DNA of 34,411 bases, taken from positions 1 through 34,411 of the forward strand of contig KZ539102.1 of NCBI GenBank assembly GCA_000934665.2. Reading direction: 5' to 3'. Numbering within the stretch: the first letter of the stretch is position 1; each line of letters starts with the position of its first letter. A model generated the notes under the pieces. The model was given only the letters and a program-made list of their open reading frames with translations, did not search any database and was not told the origin of the DNA. This document shows positions 25,259 through 34,411 of this stretch, piece after piece. The translations under genes were made by a program, and so were the position numbers. This stretch comes from Catajapyx aquilonaris. Its lineage: Eukaryota.

Positions 25259-28200
25259 AAATTGTCAACGATTTTTGCAATAAGTTTCTTATTTATAAGC
25301 ACTTATTTTGGAATAACAACTTTTAGTGTTTATCACAAATATTAGCAGGTATTGTGCATTATTGTTTCAAGGCAGCTCCACCCATTGCCTAATTTGAATA
25401 ATGTCATCCACTTCAGACAATCCAATAACATAATTATGGCGATGAGAGGCTCTGCAAGACTCGAAGTCATTACATGTCACGCAAATAACACAGGATACAA
25501 TACTTCAGCAACTCCGCTTCTTGGCCAACCTCTTATCTCCGGAATTTATCGTTGTGTGTGGCACCGAAATGGCCAATAATATTAGGTCGACAATGAATTA
25601 ATTTTGTATCTATGTCTGGCTAGTAGTCTACTGTGTGTATATAGGATCAGAGTTACGCAAAATATTGGCAATTCAAACAAATGAATATCGCTTGTAGAGG
25701 TTACAGCAGTGAAAAACAACCCAGCACTGCATCGTCTCACAGTTTGGAGTGTCAATGTAAACCGACACATGAAGTCACATGCCAGATCTGTCATGGTACT
25801 GTATGTGACAGTCCCCACTTTCCTGAATGATACGATCTGCAAGCCTATTCCGCACTGTAGGTCACTGCAGTAGCCAGTAGGGATACTCTATAATATGGAG
25901 GCTACTGCTTCAAACTGGGACACACACACCTTTAGAAGCGGTCGGTATTCGATTTTCCAGTCCTTTTTGTTCCGAGTGACAGCGGAAAACGTCGACGAGG
26001 CTTGGGAAGTGGCAGTGGGCCTGATGCTTCCTAATCTAAATACCACGATTCAAATCCTGGAGTCGACGTGCCTTTCAGTTGGGTTTTTGGCTGTCCGTCC
26101 GGCAAGGTTCATCTCCCTTTGCTGCCTGAGGTACAGAAAAAGCCGATGCTGTGTCCGTTCATGATGTCAGATCTCCAGTCCTGCAGGAAGACTTACCACG
26201 TCTTCCTCTAAGATCTTCTGATGTGCATTTGTGCGTAGGTTTGCATATATCCAGTATAAAAGGAGCATCAGTACTTGGCAGAGAGATTCGAAAGCCTACA
26301 GAGGGCCTACTGTTCAGACCAGTTGGCACTAAAGGGCCAACTTAGAACATTATTTTATACTGAATTTCGTCATTTAGAAATATTTACAGATTTTTCTTCT
26401 TAGTATTGTCACACTATTATTTATTAATGATAACCGCAATTACCGCAGCATATATGAATAAATATTCAATTACTAGGGACGGGTCTGATATAGGGAACTG
26501 AAGTGGTTATTGAGTCAGTGATGCGTTTGTTTTGTTTCTATATTTGGAATTCGAATGGCACTGCATTTTGCTTTCCTGGGGGATATAATTATGCTGACTG
26601 TATACTGGTGTGTACGAGGAGGTTTAGGAAATTCTGGCTCGTCTGGTTCAAGTATGCCGCCAATGGCTCATTCAAAATATTTGCCTGCATATAGTACTTT
26701 CAAAAAATTACATTTGCCATTACTTCCCTGTTGTAATAAAATATGACGCTTAGAGTTTGCGCCTTATCTAAATTTCCTTCTCATCATGCGCATCCAAAAT
26801 ATTATTGTTACTAGTGTTTTCTTAAGACACTGATACGTTGTCACAGCATCGATGAATATATTATTTCATTGCAAATATAAATTACGAATAATAAACGGCG
26901 TCAATTGCACCACTCAAGGAATGGTTGTATTGTTGCTAATTGTTCGCTTTATTGCAGACAACAATAAAATGATAGTAAATCTTCGATATCTACCTTCAGT
27001 GGTGCAACCGGCCGTAAGCGATTCCTAGCAGAAAATATACTGTATACATTATCTGGTCCAATATCTCAGTGTCGGCTACGTGAAAGTATTGCTATGATCC
27101 AGTCCATCCCCTGTCGCGAATTTTTTCATATGAGCTGGCCTTTTACTTAGTTGCATAAAGTGCTATCCACATATTTATCTCATTTATGTGCTGATTGTCA
27201 AGTAGTTCTATAATATAACATCACTGATGTCACAAACATGTAATATGTTTGTTACTTTGCTAGTACAGTTGACACTCATTTTCATTCATTGTGATATTCT
27301 GAGGCTGAATACATTGTACCTGTATTGCATTAGACAACTATTGATTTTGAACAAGCCTATATGATTGTTTACCATGAAGCACTCCAAACAGTCCAGTCTA
27401 TAATCACGTTATTATTCAAATTATTATTAAAAACAAACAGTTAATAACTTCAGAAGCACCACACCCTCTAAACGGTAGCTATTGTTAAATTCCAAATACC
27501 ATCCCAGTTAGAATCACCCTGTACAAGTAATATCCCTCAAGCTAATGTAATAGCCCAAAAAGTATGATGCATCCGAGGCGACAGGCGCCATGTTGATCCA
27601 GTGAGTGCGGTGTGTATACGGGAGGGTATATTCATGCGAAATTTTGGTCGAACGAGCGAGGTAGGTAGGGCGGACTGAAACGTCAACCGGGATTGAAGTA
27701 ATAAGAGAGGCCACTTGGTGGAGTAATGCTCCGTCCAATGTGTTGATCTTGGCGACAAAATAGAGCGTCGAGGGAGCATTGCGTGCCCGAGCGCCATCAC
27801 ATATCGAATCTTCCTTGTCCTCGTAATGGCGACTGGGAGGAACCCCCCATCTGCGTTATGGAAATATGCCCTCCACCTAATAGGGTCATCCAGTCCCATT
27901 CTCCAGTGTAAGGGGATGATAGAGATGAACTTTATAACCGTAATAACCCAAATTTATGCATTTCCATGTAGTGTGGAAACGTTAAATGCTTTTTAGGTGT
28001 TAATTTAAGCTAATGCAGATGTATGGGATCCGGGAGTGTGGGTATGGGAAGGTAAAAATTGCCAGCCAAAGATGGATCGTTCTGCAGAGTGATCCGGATC
28101 CCTTAATCCGCATGTTCGACATGGAAAGTCCGGAGGTGGGACAAGGCGTTCCGGGTGTCGTGTCATAAATTAAAACGGAATGGTTTTAGAACCTCGTCTG

Positions 28201-31200
28201 AGAGGTTTCCTCTAAGCTCCCCAACGTTGGGAGCTCGATTTTCGGCGGACACTTGACTTAAGCCTGGCTATATTCCCAGTTTATTTAATATAGCAGCCGG
28301 TGCTACAGAGCTCGGAGGAAGGAAAAAAGTTGCGGAAAACTGCATCATTGGAGACTTTCATCAGGGTGCAGAGCAATTCTGGCGATATTGACTGGGCGTT
28401 AGATATGTGGTTATCCGGAGATTAACCGATAATATTGCCGTTAGTATTGGAGCTTTGAATATAGCCGTCATAAAACAGGCTTCATTGCCAAGTCCAAGTT
28501 AATTATCATATAGTGTATTCCAAAAAAGGTAATAATGAATCGTGACACATTTACGATCGTTAAAGCGCTGCCAACTTAACTGCGATACTAATTGACCTCT
28601 ATCCTATGAATTTTGTTGCTTGATAATGAGCTACACGTTTTTTTCTTCTTATATCTACCTTGTTACATTGCTTCACATAATGTACGAACTGGAGTGAAAA
28701 GCGCTACTTTTTTATATCCAAGAGTGTGATGCATTATCAATGAAATACCTTCCAGCTAGTAACACGACTCGCAAACTTAAATCCCTCGTTATCAATCGAT
28801 TAAATAGGGATTTCATCTGTACCGAAAGCCTTTCCTGATTTTGACAAATTTCTGGGTTGGCTACGCTGCTCTTCTGCGGATTCTGATGCGTTTCCAGCCC
28901 CCTATTTCACTGCCTGCTGAGTCGTAAAATGGAACAATCTCATATAGTTTAGCAGCAGAACTTGAAACTCTCGAGCCTGAAAGTACGTTTCCGGACTTTG
29001 TTGCCCTGGATCAGCGGCCACATTTTGTTTTCATTTGGCAAAGTGCATTGTTTATGCAGTTTAGTTTGCCCTCCCTTTCCCCTCCCACCACGCACTAGCA
29101 TGTTTCACAATTAAAGTTGTATACAACACGTGCATCCCCTCACACACCCCTAAAAGGTGTCATTTATTTTTTTGCCATGCATGAGCCTGGAATGATGAGC
29201 AATTTGGCGATTAACACATCCTAACATCCTGCGTTATATTAAACATATGGGGGTGCTATAGGTAAATCCTAGAGTCATGGATTTTCATCTTGGCGCGGTT
29301 CATGACGCGGTGCTTTGCAGGTAATTGCGGCAATTAAGTTGCCTTTTCTGGCGGCGCATATTATAATACTTTAATGAAAACAGATGGTTTTAGTTTGCAA
29401 CCGTTTGTGCGACTGTAACGGCCTCTCGTGCAAGTTTTATAGCCCCGGCCGATTTGAAAAACAATCCCATTAACATAATTGCATTGTACATATTGTGATA
29501 CTTCTACAAAAATAACTAATATATTTCAATGCGTGGCGTGGCGTTTATTTATAGACGTTAATCATCGTTTGAACGAGTGGGTTTGACAACATTGGATGGA
29601 ATTGTACATCATTAAGGAAATTCAAAAAATGCGACCCCGGCCATTATCTGTTTTCGTACGATTCATATCATCGCCAATGTTTGGCTAAATTAGCTGTGGG
29701 TCAGACTGGGACAAATTGACTCTGTGTGTGCCTACACTATGCTGATACTTTTGATGGCTGACCAAAATTGCCCTAAACAAATTGATTGCGGCAAATATCT
29801 GCAAACATAGAAAAAGGCCATGTGTGTGTGGCTTCTGCTGAATAATTATTCGCATCAGTTTTCATCCGTTTGACTATCTCATGTGACAGTACAAAACTCT
29901 AGTACGGCACTACCTTGAATGAAAAATTATTGCTATTGCGGCGAAGTATGTATTTTGTGCGAAACTGTGATTATAGCTATCAGTGGATGGCGCTGGCAGG
30001 ATTTAACGACGTCATTGCTGATGTAGGTAAACTACAAATGTTCAATTTAATTCGAAACACATTAAAACCGGCTTGATCAGTTGAAACCAAAAATTTTGGT
30101 TTGATTATGTTGTCGGCTACAGCTGGGTACACACATGTGCGGTTGCCTTTGTGTTAGAGTAATTTTGGATGGGATCCACCAATCAGGCTGGTGCGCGGTC
30201 CATGCTTATTGGTGGATTACAACTACAACGACTCAAAGACGCTCGCGTGAACCTACAGCTTACGAAATTGTCAGGAAGACAACTAATAATTTTAATAATT
30301 AATTTTCTCCACGATTTAGATAATAACGGCCATTATTGTAGATATGGCACAATCGTAAAATCCATTTTTGATCCTAAGTTTCAAATGCCCGGGACATTTC
30401 GCATTTCATAGACAGAGATATGAGATATTCATAGAGCCAGGGAATCTCATCTCTTAATGCCCCAAATTGAGCGATATCTCAGCCGTAAGAGTCAACATGT
30501 GGGTACGAGATATGAGGTTCATAAAAACCGTGGAGTTTGCCAACTCATAAAAAATACAAGTTATAAAAGACCGACTCTTTCACCATGGATTTATGAAGAT
30601 AGTAAAGGAGTTACTAATTACACACGGTCTTTATGAATTCAATCAAGGAGGGTTTATCCTGTTTGCAATCTATGCGGCGTTTATGACGATGCTCACCTTT
30701 TCTTTTAATTAGAGCTCACCCAATGTTTGCAGTTACAGGCTTAATTTGTAAAGTAGGCCACTGTATTCAGTATAACCAACTCTTATTTTTCATTATATGC
30801 AAAGCCATAATGAAACCAAGTGCGCTAGGTATGTACACCCAGCCTTACTTTTTCAAACAGGGAGAGTAATTACGTCACCTGTCAATTACGAACACCGCAG
30901 AATGATGATGTTTTCTTTCTCTTCCACTTTTCATCCTTTCCCCACAAGTTGAGCAGCATGTTTTAAAAAAGTTGGGAAACTTTTTATACCGCCGAATCAT
31001 TTCCCATTTTGAAACTAAATTTTCATAAGCCCTAGCTAAGCTGGCAGGCTCCAAAGTTTTCCTTTTTTCATCTCGTTTTTCACGAGGAGCGACTATTTAT
31101 TACCCGATTAAATCGTCGTGCGGGCGAAATTAAATGGTGGAAGGGAAATTGAAAACAGCCTACTCGAGTAACGGGAGTAATAAGAATCGACTAATAAAAG

Positions 31201-34200
31201 AGGAGTGGTGGAGAAGGAGGTGCAGGGTGGGGGTTACTCTTCTTCCTCCCTCCAACGCCTGATTGATTGCAAGTTATGCCGACAATCTGACGACAAAGGG
31301 TGACTGATATCGGGCCTGGTGGTCCATGCTTTATTCATGGTCTGGAGAAGAACCACCTCGGGCAAGATTGGAAATTGAGTTGTTGAAGGGTTAGCCATTT
31401 TCCGTGCGTTGTGTATGCCAGACTGTTGAGGCCCAGCCGAGCAGCGCAGCCAAAGGACATCGGCATAAATGATTTAGCGTAATTGGTAAATGCCATTACC
31501 GTTTCTATCTACTACTGGGTCACATTAAGCCGCAGCTTGGTCGCTGGTTTGGCAAGTGGAGGAACGTGACTTTGAAAGTGGCTATTTCCACCCTTCTGCT
31601 CTCTCGGGGTGTACAGCCTTTTTCCCCCCTTTCCCCTGCTGCTGCTTTCACTTTTCCCTCTTTGCTCCAGAGTTACACTCTAATTTATTTATCGTCTTCC
31701 TAAATGTATTTGGTTGTTTGTGCTGCACGGAAGCGGAAAGAAACTGCAAATAGGCGTATGAATTATGCTGGTTCCTTCTCCCTCACACTTAATTTCATTA
31801 TAAGGTCTCAGAAGTGGATGGTAATGGGCCCAACAGCGCCAGATTCACGTCGTTGGGCATGGCATCACAAACAGAAGCTGCCTCTCTGCACGCTATTCTC
31901 TTCTGGGAATTCCAAGGATAAAAAACAAAGCCCGGCACGTGTGAATCTGCTGCATCATTAAGGTCAAATGGGTTATTCAGCCAACCGATTGACTTACTGC
32001 AAGAACAAGCAGTGGTATAATATATTATTTTGGTGGCGCCGTTGAAAAAGTGTCAAGATGTCCAGAAGGTTTAGAAGTTAACAAAGGCATCAGTCATGTC
32101 CGCTGCAATATTCATCATCTAATGTAGAATAATCCAAAATGTAACTGCTAAAATGGTTCGCATAACCGTGATAAATAATAATTATGAATGGTAATAATAA
32201 GTTATACGGAGAGAAACTGCTACGAGAATTTTCCCAGCAATTCTTCGCAATAAACTAAAATTTGGGCTTCCTATTTTGCTTACTGCAGTCACCGTCGCGG
32301 AGATGATTTTTTTTGGTCATTATTTTGAGGTGGATGACACACGGGTATCATTCAAGTTGCTTCACCCGAAGAGCAGTCGTCTCATTTGTTTCCGTCAACA
32401 TCTAGGGCTGCCCCTTCAGTAATGCACTGTTGACGGCTGCCACCTCGCGGGAATTGCGTTTTCTCTCTCATTTTGGATGAGGACATAATGGTATTATTAG
32501 ACTTGGCGGAGTGGAGAATCACTGGGTGCTTGCCTGCTCAGCAGACACTGCCGGACATGTTCGGGCTTCTCGCACTTAGCTTGAATTATTAAGACTTTAT
32601 GGCCATAGCTGGCCTTGACCTCAGGTCTACACAAAAGCGATGGTGTCCAGAGGATTTACGCCATCAGCAGTATTCATCATCATAATAATAAAGGAAGTGT
32701 CAGTTCTTACTGTATACTGGCCAGGAATTGAGGCCACCGTTTTGAAGAAGGACACTGAATATAGTGAGGCAGTTGTCCATGGATGGTTATAAAGCGGTAT
32801 TATATTCGTGAATAAATTTTTATGCTAATTTATCACTATTCTATGTTGCAGGGGTTTTCTGAAAATTTGGCGTTTAGTGACTATTAGTAAAGGTGATTTC
32901 CTTTCTTGCAGCAATTTGTAAATTGTTATAGGCCAATCTCATATCATAATAGAGTCAGACGGAGGCTGTAGGTCGAGATATATGACCGTTTAATTCCAAT
33001 TTTGCACTTACTTTGCTCCAATTTTCCGTGGATGCAATGGGGTAGGGGAGATGAAGTCGGAAGAGTGTCGGAAAGCTCGCTTTTTTCAGTAAAAATATTT
33101 CCCTTTCATCTGCACTTAATAATCTCTGTGAGTTGCCTTTGACAAATTTTCCCAATAACTATTTTCATTCAGAGTCCTGTTATAGGCCTCAACACCTAAT
33201 GCTGGAAGCAAAAGTAGCTAAATCAATGCAGCTCAACAAGTTGTGGTACTAAAAATTAGCAATTTCCATAATGACAATTATGGCATTATCAGAATTATTC
33301 AGCAAGCCATCTGCTGTTTGCATGTAGCGTAATTATTCCTTTCAATAGCAGTATTTTTACATTGTGAAAACACATCTAGAGTACCGGTAATTATTTTATA
33401 CGAACATTTGAAATTAGAATTCGGAACTGCAGTACTGCCTGTCATGAGCAGAATAATTGTGACCAATGTACGTATAATAATGCATTAAAAAGAGTACTTT
33501 ACCGGAAAAATGAAGGATTTAAAATTTGATATGACATTAGTAAAAGTGATTGGAATCAGTGATGCATGTCTCTTAAATGCCTACTTTTGTAAATATTGTA
33601 ATTAACACGCGGCAATGTTTCTAAACTGTGCATTGTAGGGTCGACATTCAGACAATAATTATTGTATAATACCACCTCAATGGGGAAGTAGCCTTGGTCT
33701 GGGATTTGTGATTTTTGTTCATAACTAGCTAGCCCATGCCTGTAAACATACATTCCATCACTCTGTGGCATCAAAATGACATTACTGGATAAATTACGGC
33801 ACATTTAAAAGTGCCTTCGAAATTGGCGGGAAAAACGGGGCAGTCGGGTGGTGCCAATCGAAAGGGTACACTGAAATGCCTGGTTGACTGCGAGATATGA
33901 GGAATTTGACTTTGAATTAACCGCTGACACGACGGAAAGCATTCGCATGGCTGCTGTAGGCCATCGAGGTGGAGAAGGGGGACCTTCATGTGCCGAATTC
34001 GGGTGACAGATAATTCCTACCAGTTGGCACCACTGTCAGCCCAGAAGCGATATGAGCGGCCAGGAATAAATACGCGCCCCGGCCGCTATCTTGCTCACGG
34101 AATGGGACGGTTGCTAACAACAGCGAAGCATTTTACGACAATGACGGGGCGCGTTCTATGACACCATTTTTGCGTTCATTTCACTTCGCGTGATGTCAAC

Positions 34201-34411
34201 ATTTTCGAGGCAAACAGTGACGTCACCATTTGCCTACGAAAAAACGCCAATATCTCCGGAACTGAAACTGATATCTTAAAACGGAATATGCAAAAAAAAA
34301 AAATCCAAAAAATATGGGCGAATTTATTATGTAGTTTCCAAAATGAAGGCTACTTCCCCATTATAAAACATTACAGAAAATAGTAAATGTCCAAAAGATA
34401 TGCATGCTGTA

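Larger units (their letters stand above)
814..34411 (-). other. Probable large intron or upstream non-coding region of the beat gene
   Basis: The exon at 608-813 has no ATG and begins at a splice acceptor, so an upstream exon must exist. I found no hydrophobic signal-peptide exon with a phase-1 donor in the window, but a short exon could have been missed. Confidence 0.5.

Noticed and set aside
26196..26345. Minus-strand exon ending at G|GTAAGT
   Set aside because: Good donor, but no frame gives a signal-peptide-like or otherwise recognisable sequence.
27514..27899. GC-richer block with 74- and 120-aa ORFs as a gene or retroelement fragment
   Set aside because: No recognisable motif in the frames examined and no convincing splice signals.

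Overview
Eukaryotic, most likely arthropod, genomic DNA. I see no operon, CRISPR array, rRNA or bona fide tRNA gene. The only convincing host coding sequence is one internal minus-strand exon (608-813) encoding the first part of the V-type Ig domain of a Beaten path (Beat) family protein. I could not recognise the upstream signal-peptide exon, so most of the remaining ~33.6 kb is probably intron. That DNA holds several non-autonomous transposons: a Sola2-like element with a 4-bp TSD and repeated internal motifs, a hAT MITE with a perfect 8-bp TSD, a tRNA-derived SINE with an (AAT)n tail, and weaker MITE remnants. It also has microsatellites and a 40-N gap. The most unusual object is a 1.25-kb Tc1/mariner-derived foldback element (20790-22036) built from two 5' ends in inverted orientation. 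Its transposase remnant is interrupted by a CAG|GT...CAG|GT intron-like insert whose removal restores the reading frame. TACAGTA/TACTGTA heptamers, which match Tc1/mariner excision footprints, appear over-represented across the window. Nearly all other ORF-track entries look spurious. All of this comes from reading by eye; no database searches were run.
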